From positions 4,159 through 68,158 of IMG/VR virus record IMGVR_UViG_3300044591_000410: a stretch of 64,000 nucleotides of DNA; one strand, given 5' to 3'. The stretch comes from a virus. Below the pieces are notes generated by a model, which was not told the origin of the DNA, ran no database searches, and saw only the letters and a program-made list of their open reading frames with translations. Within the stretch, counting starts at the first letter, position 1; every line of letters starts with the position of its first letter. A program made the translations under genes and the position numbers. Of this stretch, positions 53,613 to 62,389 are shown one piece after another.

Positions 53613-53694
53613 GGCTCCGTGGCGGAACAGGCAGACGCAGTGGACTTAAAATCCGCCGCCTAACGGCATGGGGGTTCGATTCCCCCCGGAGCTA
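53613..53694 (+). tRNA. tRNA-Leu(UAA)
   Basis: GGCTCCG/CGGAGCT acceptor, GTGGA-CT-TAA-AA-TCCGC anticodon arm, long variable arm, GGGGG-TTCGATT-CCCCC. Confidence 0.95.
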
Positions 53695-53709
53695 TTGAAA
53701 GGAGCTTTT

Positions 53710-54048
53710 ATGGACAAACTAAACATTTATATTGCAGGGCCAATGCGTGGCTATACTAATCACAACTTCGATGCTTTTATGGAGGCAGATAGAATGCTCC
53801 GCTCTAAGTGGAGTTCTATGGTTGGTGTTATCTTCAACCCAGCCCAAATGGATCTTGATGAAGGCTTTGATCCTTCTCAAGCAGTTGATACCAAAGAACA
53901 TCTTAAAGGTTGTATGACTAGAGATTTGAATGCTATTCTAAAATCGGATGCTGTTTATATGTTGACTGGGTGGGAAAAGAGCGAGGGTGCTAAGGTTGAA
54001 CACGCTCTTGCCGTATACTTGGGGCTAAGGATATTCTATGAAACATAA
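53710..54048 (+). CDS. DUF4406-family (nucleoside deoxyribosyltransferase-like fold) protein
   Basis: 'IYIAGPMRG...NF.AF...NPA...D......DAVYML.GWEKS.GA..E'. Confidence 0.85.
   Translation: MDKLNIYIAGPMRGYTNHNFDAFMEADRMLRSKWSSMVGVIFNPAQMDLDEGFDPSQAVDTKEHLKGCMTRDLNAILKSDAVYMLTGWEKSEGAKVEHALAVYLGLRIFYET
54015..54033 (+). promoter_or_regulatory. Putative phage RNAP promoter (intragenic)
   Basis: ATACTTGGGGCTAAGGATA, 2 mismatches to the 55935 copy. Confidence 0.5.
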
Positions 54049-54550
54049 GGCAAGAGTTGTTTATTATAACCTAGAACGCGGAGATAAGTGGGCCAAGTTA
54101 ATCTCATGGCTTGTCTATATCTTTGCAGGATCTCGTTTGAATCATGTACATATTGAACTACCTGAAGCAAACATCAGTTACTTTGCTACTCTTTATAGAG
54201 GAGTTCGTGTTCTACCCATCGGAGCGGTTCGGGCTAAATACGGCGATCCCGTGTTTACCCAAACGGTTGTAATAAACTACAATGCTTTGCCTGATGATGT
54301 AGAAAAGAAATGGAATAAAGAAACAGTAACACATTGTTTGTTCTGGCATCTACTTGGAAGATACTTTAACATGCCAGTCCCACATACTTGTGGAAAGGTT
54401 ACAGCCGATATCCTAAGAGATAGCGGGTATCCTATCCCACAGAATATAATTGAACCACACAAAATACTGAAGGAGGTAACAAATGCTAATGCTCTTTTTA
54501 TCCGGCAAGGCAAGAGTTGGAAAAACAACAGCAGCCAAACTACTAGCTGA
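54038..54550 (+). CDS. Possible permuted papain-like (NlpC/P60) enzyme
   Basis: His ('SRLNHVHI') precedes Cys ('TCGKVTADIL'), followed by 'IEPHKI'. Confidence 0.45.
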   Translation: MKHKARVVYYNLERGDKWAKLISWLVYIFAGSRLNHVHIELPEANISYFATLYRGVRVLPIGAVRAKYGDPVFTQTVVINYNALPDDVEKKWNKETVTHCLFWHLLGRYFNMPVPHTCGKVTADILRDSGYPIPQNIIEPHKILKEVTNANALFIRQGKSWKNNSSQTTS

Positions 54551-55220
54551 GCTGTTATATAAACAAGGATATAAGCCTATTATACTTCCTTTTGCTGCTG
54601 CGCTTAAGTCCGAAGTTGAAGCTACTGGTCTTACTAAGGAAGCTAATCCAGAACAGTACAGACTTGTATGCCAAAAGATGGGATCAGATCGTCGCAAAGA
54701 AAACCCAGATTACTGGGTAGATAAGTTTCTTGAGTCTGCTTACAAGATTCTTAAGGAAGAAAACAGCGAAGAAGATGTACCCGAAAGAGTTATCATTGTT
54801 GATGACTGTCGGTATCTTAACGAACTAAATCTAGCACCACGATTCAATGCCATTAAGATATTTATATCACACGGTGATCGCCGTTTAATGGAACACGATG
54901 AGCCGTGGCGTTTGCATGAGTCAGAAGAAATGGCAAATAGAACAGAAGATAATGACAAAGATTATAAAGAGATGTATCACTTTGTTCTACGCAACGATAA
55001 AGATGAGAAGTCTTTTAAGAAGAAAATAAGTAACTACTACAATATCATTATGGACTGTGCATATAACATCGTGCTTGAGCCATTGTGCGAGTGTGAATTG
55101 TGCATGGCTACCCGGTATGATCGTAATGTAGATATGACTGTGTTGAATGAACAGATTATTGATACCCTGAAAGAAGCTTTCCCAGATACAGACGAGGAGT
55201 ACGAAGATGATGGAGCCTAA
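54483..55220 (+). CDS. Deoxynucleoside monophosphate kinase-like P-loop protein
   Basis: 'SGKARVGKTT', 'FAAALK', 'DYWV', 'IVDDCRYLNE', 'HESE'. Confidence 0.85.
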   Translation: MLMLFLSGKARVGKTTAAKLLAELLYKQGYKPIILPFAAALKSEVEATGLTKEANPEQYRLVCQKMGSDRRKENPDYWVDKFLESAYKILKEENSEEDVPERVIIVDDCRYLNELNLAPRFNAIKIFISHGDRRLMEHDEPWRLHESEEMANRTEDNDKDYKEMYHFVLRNDKDEKSFKKKISNYYNIIMDCAYNIVLEPLCECELCMATRYDRNVDMTVLNEQIIDTLKEAFPDTDEEYEDDGA

Positions 55221-55935
55221 AGTAGCTATCTTAGACGGAGACATTCTAGCATACCGAGCAGCTTTCTTTGTGGAGACTGAGGGTATTGAGTACCTAGAAG
55301 AGCGGCTTAACTTTGACATTGCTTCTTGGACACCCCCCGGTGTCGAGAAGGTTTACATTGCCCTGTCATGCTCAAGGTCTGATAACTATAGGAGGGACTA
55401 CTGGCCTCAGTACAAGGCCCACCGGGACATCAACAAGCACACGCCAGAAGCCCTCCCAGAAGCCGAGCAATATGTTCGGACCCTTGGGATACCCCTGAGT
55501 GTTCCAAGGCTTGAGGCGGACGATCTGATGGGTATGATGGCCTCCTCAGGCAAGGCCATAGCCGTGACCATAGACAAGGATCTACGGTCTGTACCGGGCT
55601 GGCATTGGAACCCCGATAAGGAAGAGGCTCCGGTACTGGTAGACGAGGCTTTGGCTGACCGGAACTTCTATACCCAGTGGTTAACCGGGGATTCTACGGA
55701 CAATGTACCCGGTATATGGAAACTGGGTCCAAAGAAAGCTGCTGCCCTGCTTGACAGCACCCCACCCCAGAACTGGCCTGCCCTAGTACTGGCTACCTAC
55801 GAGCAAAAGAAAGACAAAGACGGTAATAATTACAACCTAGATTACGCTATTTCGCAGGCTATTTGCGTAAGAATCCTGCGAGATGGGGAGTATAACAAAG
55901 AAGATAAGACTATCCGCATGTACCAACCTTACTGA
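55207..55935 (+). CDS. 5'-3' exonuclease (T7 gp6-like)
   Basis: 'DGDILAY', 'YKAHR', 'LEADD', 'DKDL', 'GDSTDNVPGI..LGPKKA'. Confidence 0.95.
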   Translation: MMEPKVAILDGDILAYRAAFFVETEGIEYLEERLNFDIASWTPPGVEKVYIALSCSRSDNYRRDYWPQYKAHRDINKHTPEALPEAEQYVRTLGIPLSVPRLEADDLMGMMASSGKAIAVTIDKDLRSVPGWHWNPDKEEAPVLVDEALADRNFYTQWLTGDSTDNVPGIWKLGPKKAAALLDSTPPQNWPALVLATYEQKKDKDGNNYNLDYAISQAICVRILRDGEYNKEDKTIRMYQPY

Positions 55936-55953
55936 TAGTTGGGGCTACGGATA
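55935..55953 (+). promoter_or_regulatory. Putative phage RNAP promoter
   Basis: ATAGTTGGGGCTACGGATA, intergenic before dUTPase. Confidence 0.7.
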
Positions 55954-55974
55954 CATAAACCAAGGAGAACACTA

Positions 55975-56469
55975 ATGGATAATACATACGATTGTAACAC
56001 TAATACATTTAATAATCTTACATCCCTTACAGCTAGTAGCTTTAACTATACTGAAGCTGCGGTGACTTACACCGGGGCATACCAGCCATTCTACGCTACT
56101 GGTGGATCTGCCGGGGTAGATCTGGCAACTACCAGCGACTTCGTAATAGAACCTCATGCCAAGATGAAGATACCCCTAGGTATCAAGATGTCAATCCCAG
56201 TTGGCTATGTTGGCCTACTGATTGGTCGTTCTAGCATGGGTGCTAAGGGTCTTGTACTAGCTAATGCTGTTGGTGTTATTGATTCGGATTACCGAGGTGA
56301 GATCATAGCTCTGATGCATAATACAAATAATTTCCCTGTTTCAATAATGAAGGGCGATAGAATTGCCCAGTTATTGATTATGCCCGTTGCTCAACCCAAG
56401 TTTGTAATTGCTAATGAACTTGACGATACAGCTAGAGGCACTGGTGGTTTTGGTTCAACAGGAGAATAA
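55975..56469 (+). CDS. dut: Trimeric dUTPase
   Basis: 'SAGVDL', 'RSS', 'GVIDSDYRGEI', 'GDRIAQ', 'RGTGGFGSTG'. Confidence 0.97.
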   Translation: MDNTYDCNTNTFNNLTSLTASSFNYTEAAVTYTGAYQPFYATGGSAGVDLATTSDFVIEPHAKMKIPLGIKMSIPVGYVGLLIGRSSMGAKGLVLANAVGVIDSDYRGEIIALMHNTNNFPVSIMKGDRIAQLLIMPVAQPKFVIANELDDTARGTGGFGSTGE

Positions 56470-56470
56470 A

Positions 56471-58342
56471 ATGAATACATTTCAGAAGTTTATTGCTATA
56501 TCAAGATACTCACGGTGGTTGCCCGAAAGCAACCGTAGAGAAACATGGGATGAAACTGTGGATCGCTGGTGGGCCTACTTTACTGGCAAGGCTCCACAGC
56601 TAAACGAGCGTCCTGATATTCGGGATGCTATCCTAAATCTAGAAGTACTTCCTAGCATGCGTGGTTTAATGACCGCTGGTCCCGCGCTTGATAGAGATCA
56701 TACTGCTCTGTATAATTGCAGCTATTTAGAAATCACAAGCTATAAGTCTTTTGCTGAGCTTATGTATATTCTAATGTGTGGTACAGGCGTAGGCTATTCT
56801 GTGGAACGCCGCTGTGTAGAGCAGCTACCAGCTGTTCCAAAGAATATTGTAAAAGATTTCAACACCGTGTTTGTTGTTGAGGATTCCCGTGAAGGTTGGT
56901 GCGATGCCCTTAAGCATCTGATGTCCAGCCTATATGACGGCTTGCATCCCAAGTGGGATACTAGCCTAGTCCGTCCTTCAGGAAGCCGTCTAAAGACATT
57001 CGGTGGCCGTGCAAGCGGTCCTGCACCGCTGGAGGAAGTGATGCGGTTTATCGTAGGCGTATTCTACAAGGCCCAAGGCCGTAGACTAACTCCGTTGGAA
57101 TGCCACGACATCTGCTGCAAGATTGCTCAGTCTGTTATTGTTGGCGGTGTACGCCGCTCAGCAATGATCTCACTCAGTGATCTATCGGACAGAGAGATGG
57201 CTACTTGCAAGAGTGGCGCTTGGTGGGAAACAGCAGGCCATCGTGCTTTGGCTAATAACTCTGCCATCTACAACTGCAAGCCACCCCTAGGCCAGTTCTT
57301 GGAAGAATGGACTTCATTGTATAACTCACATTCAGGTGAGCGTGGTATTTGCAACCGCGAAGCAATGAATCTAATTGCCAGAAAGAGCGGTAGAGAGTGG
57401 TCCAACTACGGCACTAACCCCTGCTCAGAAATCATTCTAAAGCCAAACGAGTTCTGTAACCTATCAACAATTGTTGTCAAGGCTACAGATACCGTAGAAA
57501 CACTGGCTAGAAAGATTGAACAAGCCACCATCATTGGAACAATCCAGAGCATGTTCACCAAGTTCCCTTATCTGAATGATGAATTCAGAAAGAACTCTGA
57601 AGAAGAGCGTCTACTTGGCGTGTCCATGACTGGTATCTTTGATAACAAACTAACTAGCGGCCAAGAAGGTTATGCTAAGCTAGCGTATGTTTTGGAAAAA
57701 CTCCGAGACATTGCTACGATTACTAACCTTAAGTGGGCTGACAAGCTTGGTATTACCCCAAGCAAGTCTATCACATGTATTAAGCCAGAAGGTACAACCT
57801 CCTGCCTAGCCGATGCATCCAGTGGTTTACATCCACGCTATGCTGATTACTACTATCGTAGAGTCCGCATTGATAAGAAAGACCCACTATATAACATGAT
57901 GGCCGATAGCGGTATTCCAGTAGAAGATTGCGTAATGAATCCAGCTAGTACTGCCGTGTTTACCTTTGCTCAGAAAGCCCCACAAGGTTCTATCACCCAG
58001 AAAGAACTGACGGCTATTGAACATCTTAAACTATGGAAAGCCTATCAGGATCATTATTGCAATCACAAACCAAGTATCACTGTCAACTATACTGACAATG
58101 AGTTTATTGGAGTAGGTCAATGGGTGTGGGATAACTTTGATTCAATCTCAGGTATCTCTTTCCTACCAAAGTCAGACCATGTTTATGCTCAAGCTCCCTT
58201 TGAAGAGATTGACGCAAGAACATACAACATGCATCCCAAGCCAGATGTTGACTTTAATAAACTGTCAGATTATGAAAAAGAAGATACAACTAAGTCTTCA
58301 CACACAATGGCATGTACTGCCAATGGTTGTGAGCTAGTCTAA
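56471..58342 (+). CDS. nrdJ: Class II (B12-dependent, monomeric-type) ribonucleotide reductase
   Basis: 'RRETWDETV.R', 'YNCS', 'GGVRRSA', 'TNPCSEI', 'CIKPEGT', C-terminal 'ACTANGCE'; no beta subunit gene. Confidence 0.93.
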   Translation: MNTFQKFIAISRYSRWLPESNRRETWDETVDRWWAYFTGKAPQLNERPDIRDAILNLEVLPSMRGLMTAGPALDRDHTALYNCSYLEITSYKSFAELMYILMCGTGVGYSVERRCVEQLPAVPKNIVKDFNTVFVVEDSREGWCDALKHLMSSLYDGLHPKWDTSLVRPSGSRLKTFGGRASGPAPLEEVMRFIVGVFYKAQGRRLTPLECHDICCKIAQSVIVGGVRRSAMISLSDLSDREMATCKSGAWWETAGHRALANNSAIYNCKPPLGQFLEEWTSLYNSHSGERGICNREAMNLIARKSGREWSNYGTNPCSEIILKPNEFCNLSTIVVKATDTVETLARKIEQATIIGTIQSMFTKFPYLNDEFRKNSEEERLLGVSMTGIFDNKLTSGQEGYAKLAYVLEKLRDIATITNLKWADKLGITPSKSITCIKPEGTTSCLADASSGLHPRYADYYYRRVRIDKKDPLYNMMADSGIPVEDCVMNPASTAVFTFAQKAPQGSITQKELTAIEHLKLWKAYQDHYCNHKPSITVNYTDNEFIGVGQWVWDNFDSISGISFLPKSDHVYAQAPFEEIDARTYNMHPKPDVDFNKLSDYEKEDTTKSSHTMACTANGCELV

Positions 58343-58352
58343 GGAGAACAAC

Positions 58353-58550
58353 ATGGATTCAATGCTTAATACAATTATTACGAAGATCAAGATTGGGTCG
58401 GCTCTGTCTAGCGCAGAGCTAGCCCTAGTCTTTACCGAAGTGTTTAAAAAGACAGAAGTGCTTCAGGAAGAAGTCAAGAAACTAAAGGACAAAGTAAATG
58501 ACATCGAAAGAATTTCCAAGAATCGACCCAGAGTTGATAGAGAAGCTTGA
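58353..58550 (+). CDS. Hypothetical coiled-coil protein
   Basis: AAGGAG SD. Confidence 0.65.
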   Translation: MDSMLNTIITKIKIGSALSSAELALVFTEVFKKTEVLQEEVKKLKDKVNDIERISKNRPRVDREA

Positions 58551-58689
58551 TAAAATTTACAAACCTCTTGACTACGATCCTGATTTATCTGTCGAAGAAT
58601 TTGTCAGAGCCTCTGCTTACAGAGCTGGGCAAATATCTGTAGTAGAAAAGCTTAAACTTATTCTTAAACAACAACAGAAAGAGAGGTAA
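58498..58689 (+). CDS. Conserved small T7-like protein preceding the head genes
   Basis: 'P.I..ELIEKLD..Y....AYRAGQ.SVV..L'. Confidence 0.7.
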   Translation: MTSKEFPRIDPELIEKLDKIYKPLDYDPDLSVEEFVRASAYRAGQISVVEKLKLILKQQQKER

Positions 58690-58692
58690 GTC

Positions 58693-59028
58693 ATGGGTGG
58701 ATCACCAAGTATTAGCGGCGGTATGACGCAGGCTGAGTATCAGGCACAGCTTGATGAACAGCGCGCCTATAGCGAAGCTCAAGAAAAAAAGATGCGTGAG
58801 TTCTATGAAGAACAAATGATAAAGCAAGAAGAAACTGCTAGACAAGCAGCTGAACAAGCTAAGCAAGAAGAAATTAATAGAATCGCTGAAGCCGAAGCAG
58901 CCGAAGATGCTTTACAGGAAGAAATTGCAGCCCAAACTGAGGAAGAAACAGCAGAAGAAACCACAGAGGGAGATGCTTTTGATTTCTATAGTTCGCTTTA
59001 TCAAGGTTTAGAAGAACGACCAGAATAA
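58693..59028 (+). CDS. Small virion assembly protein (gp6.7/7.3 position)
   Basis: 'MGGSP' start, E/Q/A-rich; immediately before the portal. Confidence 0.55.
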   Translation: MGGSPSISGGMTQAEYQAQLDEQRAYSEAQEKKMREFYEEQMIKQEETARQAAEQAKQEEINRIAEAEAAEDALQEEIAAQTEEETAEETTEGDAFDFYSSLYQGLEERPE

Positions 59029-59038
59029 GGAGTAACTT

Positions 59039-60667
59039 ATGGAACAGACAATTGCTGATAGGTTTAGAATTCTACACAGTGGTAGACAAGCTAAACTAAA
59101 CCGCTCAAGAGTCTGCGCCGGACTTACTGTACCTTCAGTACTACCTCCTGAGGGTTGGAACGAAGAGCAGACTTTGCCACAGCCATATTCGTCTGTTGCA
59201 GCAAAGGGTGTCACAGCTATGAGCAGCCGCATATTAAGCGCTTTGCTTCCGCTGAATGATACTCCATTCTTTAGATTTGCCCTTAAGTCTGGCGTAGAAG
59301 CTACTCCTGAAATAGAAAGCTACTTAGAAACTCTTTCTTATCAGGTGTTTAATAAACTAAATGGAACTAATCTAAGAGAAACAATCTATCAAGCACTACA
59401 GCATGCTGTAATTGTTGGAGATGTTCTCTTTATTATGGAAGACAATTTTACATTTCGCATTCAACGACTAGATCAGTTTGTTGTTCAGCGAGATGTAGAA
59501 GGCAATGTAGTAGAAATAATTAATCTTGAATACCATCTTATTGACCCAGATGCAACTGAGCATCTATATGGTAGTGAGTATGGTATTGAAAAGAAAGCTG
59601 GATATCAAACTATATATTGTCGGTATTTAAAAACCGATGATGTGTGGTATGTCCGTAAAGAAACTCAAGAAGGTGATCTATTGGAAGAGGGTGAATACAC
59701 CGTGCTTCCAATGGGTGTCTTAAGGTGGTATGGTATTGCCGGGGAAAACTACGGTAGATCACACTGTGAAGATATCCTAGGTGACCTACAAACTCTTGAG
59801 TCATATACTAAAGCTTTGATCGAAGGTCTAGCAGCCTCGTCCACATTCTGGCTAGCAATCGACCCAACAGGAATTACTGAGATAGACGATATCGCTGATG
59901 CGCCCAATGGTTCATTCATTGCTGCGAGAGGCGGTGACTTCTCTGTTCTATCTCCATCCCAAACAATGAATGCACAGATTAGTGCATGCCAAGCTGCGGT
60001 TGAAACAATGCGTAGAGAAATTTCCCAGTCATTCCTTATGACATCTTCAGCCATTCCTAGTGGGGATCGTGTAACAGCTACAGCAGTTAGAATGATCGGT
60101 TCCGAATTGGAAACCGTTCTAGGTGGTGCTTTCTCTAGCATTGCCCGTGATCTAATTGAGCCAATTGTAAAACGAGCTGTGTTCCTTATGTTAGAGAGTA
60201 AGGATATTGACAAGCGTTTATACAGCCAGTTCTTTGATAAGAATGGTATGCTTACAACTCAGGTTATTACTGGATTGCAAGCCTTGTCAAGAGACACCGA
60301 TCTACAGCGTTTAATGCAAATGGGAGAAATGGTTCGGAATCTTCCTGAGCAAGCATACTTAGCCTTTAAGTGGGACGAGTATGCCCGAGCTTTAATTTCA
60401 TCCTTAGGCTTTGATCCCCGTAACTGGGTAAAGAGCGAGGAAGATATTATGATGCAACAGCAACAGATGCAGCAGATGAAGATGCAACAGCAAATGCAGA
60501 CACAGGCAGGCAATGCCGTTGTTAATACTGCTGGTGCTGTGGCTCAGCAAGCTGCTACTCAGGATCTACAACAAACTGGTGGACAAAATATCCAAGCCTT
60601 AATGCAACAGGCTGGTATTGATCCCGCACAACTACTAGGAGGTGGCCCAAGTGAAGCGATTGGATAA
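59039..60667 (+). CDS. Portal / head-tail connector (T7 gp8-like)
   Basis: 'LTVPS', 'QPYSSVAAKGV', 'GENYGRS', 'RVTATAVR....ELE..LGG.FS', 'TGLQALSR'. Confidence 0.97.
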   Translation: MEQTIADRFRILHSGRQAKLNRSRVCAGLTVPSVLPPEGWNEEQTLPQPYSSVAAKGVTAMSSRILSALLPLNDTPFFRFALKSGVEATPEIESYLETLSYQVFNKLNGTNLRETIYQALQHAVIVGDVLFIMEDNFTFRIQRLDQFVVQRDVEGNVVEIINLEYHLIDPDATEHLYGSEYGIEKKAGYQTIYCRYLKTDDVWYVRKETQEGDLLEEGEYTVLPMGVLRWYGIAGENYGRSHCEDILGDLQTLESYTKALIEGLAASSTFWLAIDPTGITEIDDIADAPNGSFIAARGGDFSVLSPSQTMNAQISACQAAVETMRREISQSFLMTSSAIPSGDRVTATAVRMIGSELETVLGGAFSSIARDLIEPIVKRAVFLMLESKDIDKRLYSQFFDKNGMLTTQVITGLQALSRDTDLQRLMQMGEMVRNLPEQAYLAFKWDEYARALISSLGFDPRNWVKSEEDIMMQQQQMQQMKMQQQMQTQAGNAVVNTAGAVAQQAATQDLQQTGGQNIQALMQQAGIDPAQLLGGGPSEAIG

Positions 60668-60947
60668 GTCTAAGATGGCGTGTAATCGACCACAGAAATC
60701 ACCCAAGGCTGGTAAGAAGCGGGTAGTCAAAGCTTGTGCCAATGGCAAAGAAAAGATTATCCACTATGGCGCGACTGGATATGGTCATAACTACTCACCC
60801 GCAGCAAGGAAGTCTTTCCGAGCACGGCATGGTTGTGACTCCGCAACTAACAAGCTATCAGCTAAACACTGGGCTTGTAAGGATCTTTGGGCTGGCTCCA
60901 AGGGTTCAAAGGCTTCATGCCCTAAGAATAGAAAGTGTAAGAAATAA
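60651..60947 (+). CDS. Small basic Cys-containing protein (RKSFRARH..C..WAC family)
   Basis: GGAGG SD, GTG start; 'KIIHYG..GY...ARKSFRARHGC......AKHWACK.LW'. Confidence 0.75.
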   Translation: MKRLDKSKMACNRPQKSPKAGKKRVVKACANGKEKIIHYGATGYGHNYSPAARKSFRARHGCDSATNKLSAKHWACKDLWAGSKGSKASCPKNRKCKK

Positions 60948-61087
60948 TGGCTAAGAAAGACGCTTGCTATAACAAGGTAAAGGCTTCTTATAAAAAGTGG
61001 CCTTCAGCCTATGCTTCTGGTTCTCTAGTTAAGTGCCGCAAAGTAGGTGCTGCTAACTGGGGTAAAAAGAAGAAAGGAAAAAAGTAA
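60947..61087 (+). CDS. 46-aa basic protein with WPSAYAS motif (not in ORF track)
   Basis: MAKKDACYNKVKASYKKWPSAYASGSLVKCRKVGAANWGKKKKGKK; TAATG overlaps at both ends. Confidence 0.75.
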   Translation: MAKKDACYNKVKASYKKWPSAYASGSLVKCRKVGAANWGKKKKGKK

Positions 61088-61317
61088 TGGCTAAGAAGAA
61101 AAAGAAAGCTAACTTTTCCCTTGAAAAAGAAAAAGGTCTTCATGGCTGGTTTTCCCGCAACAATGGCAAGGGCTGGATAAACTGTAAGACAGGCGGTCCT
61201 TGTGGTCGTAAGAAGGCTGGTAAGGGTTCTTACCCTGCTTGCCGTCCTACCAAGGCCATGTGTACATCTAAGGGTGTACGCGCTAAGAAGTCAGGAAAGA
61301 GAGTATCTTGGGAATGA
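61087..61317 (+). CDS. Small basic Cys-containing protein (GL..WF..PCGR..YPACRP motif)
   Basis: TAATG overlap; motif seen in other phage proteins. Confidence 0.75.
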   Translation: MAKKKKKANFSLEKEKGLHGWFSRNNGKGWINCKTGGPCGRKKAGKGSYPACRPTKAMCTSKGVRAKKSGKRVSWE

Positions 61318-61427
61318 AATCAAAATTTAAATGCAACTGCGGAACTACTACCAGATTAACTGGTAAGGACGCACAGCCAAAGGAATGCCCTAAGGCTACA
61401 ACAAAAACCACTAAGAAAGGCAAGTAA
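61314..61427 (+). CDS. 37-aa basic peptide (not in ORF track)
   Basis: MKSKFKCNCGTTTRLTGKDAQPKECPKATTKTTKKGK; ATGA overlap. Confidence 0.55.
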   Translation: MKSKFKCNCGTTTRLTGKDAQPKECPKATTKTTKKGK

Positions 61428-61432
61428 TAATT

Positions 61433-62389
61433 ATGAACGACAACGGACAAGAGACTCCAGAGTTTGAATATCAGAATACTCCAGAGGTTAACCCTGTGGA
61501 CTCTGAGATTCAACAGACAGAACAATCTCTTGTTGCATCACCTGATGAAGTTAATGCAGCAAAAGAACGGAAAGCGTTTGAAACCTATGTTCAGACTAAC
61601 GGTATTAATGTACCGGAAAACTTTAAGGATATTGGTAGCTGGTTTGACAGTTTAAGAAACGCACAGAAAGCGTACACTCAATCTCGTCAGGAGATTGCTG
61701 AACTTAAAAAGAAGTTTGGTGATACTACTGATAACCCTAATTATAAACAACCCGCTGAAAAGGCTGTGCCAGAGAAACCTAAGGCAGCAGTAAAAGAGGA
61801 ACTGCGTATTCCAGATAAGCCAGAAGCTCCTGTGGAGACTAAGGCTGCTGAAGTTCCTACTGTTACCAAGGAAGATTGGGACAAGTGGTCAGTCGAGTTG
61901 TCCGTAAAGGGCGATCTTAATGAAGAGACTATGAATGAGATTCGTCAAAAGACAAAGCTTCCCGATTTTGCAATTCAAGAATACATGCAAGGTCAGAAAG
62001 CCAAGCTTCAACTAGCTTTCGGAAAAGCTGCTGACATCATCGGTGGTCGTGAAAGACTTGCCGAACTATTTGGCTGGGCTAGCCAGACAATGAACCCAAA
62101 TGAAATCAAAAGCCTTAATGCGGCTCTTGCTACCCCAGCGTGGGATGTAGCTCTTATGGGTTTAGCCTCCAAGTATGAGAAGGCTACTGGCGGCGCAGTT
62201 AAAACAAAGGAACCAACTAAGGGTAAGCAGGTTCCTGTCGGCAGTACCCAGCAGGGTACGGCTGGTTATAAGACTAAGAGAGAATTCTATGCTGACAGAA
62301 ACAACAGCCGTTTTACCACGGACCCTAAGTTCCGTTCTGCTGTTGAATCTCGTATGGCTAAGACCGACTTCCGAAGTCTTCCCTTCTGA
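61433..62389 (+). CDS. Capsid scaffolding protein (T7 gp9-like)
   Basis: 'IIGG.E....LFGWA', 'GYKTKREF..D....RF.TDPKFR..VE.R' C-terminus; between portal and capsid. Confidence 0.9.
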   Translation: MNDNGQETPEFEYQNTPEVNPVDSEIQQTEQSLVASPDEVNAAKERKAFETYVQTNGINVPENFKDIGSWFDSLRNAQKAYTQSRQEIAELKKKFGDTTDNPNYKQPAEKAVPEKPKAAVKEELRIPDKPEAPVETKAAEVPTVTKEDWDKWSVELSVKGDLNEETMNEIRQKTKLPDFAIQEYMQGQKAKLQLAFGKAADIIGGRERLAELFGWASQTMNPNEIKSLNAALATPAWDVALMGLASKYEKATGGAVKTKEPTKGKQVPVGSTQQGTAGYKTKREFYADRNNSRFTTDPKFRSAVESRMAKTDFRSLPF

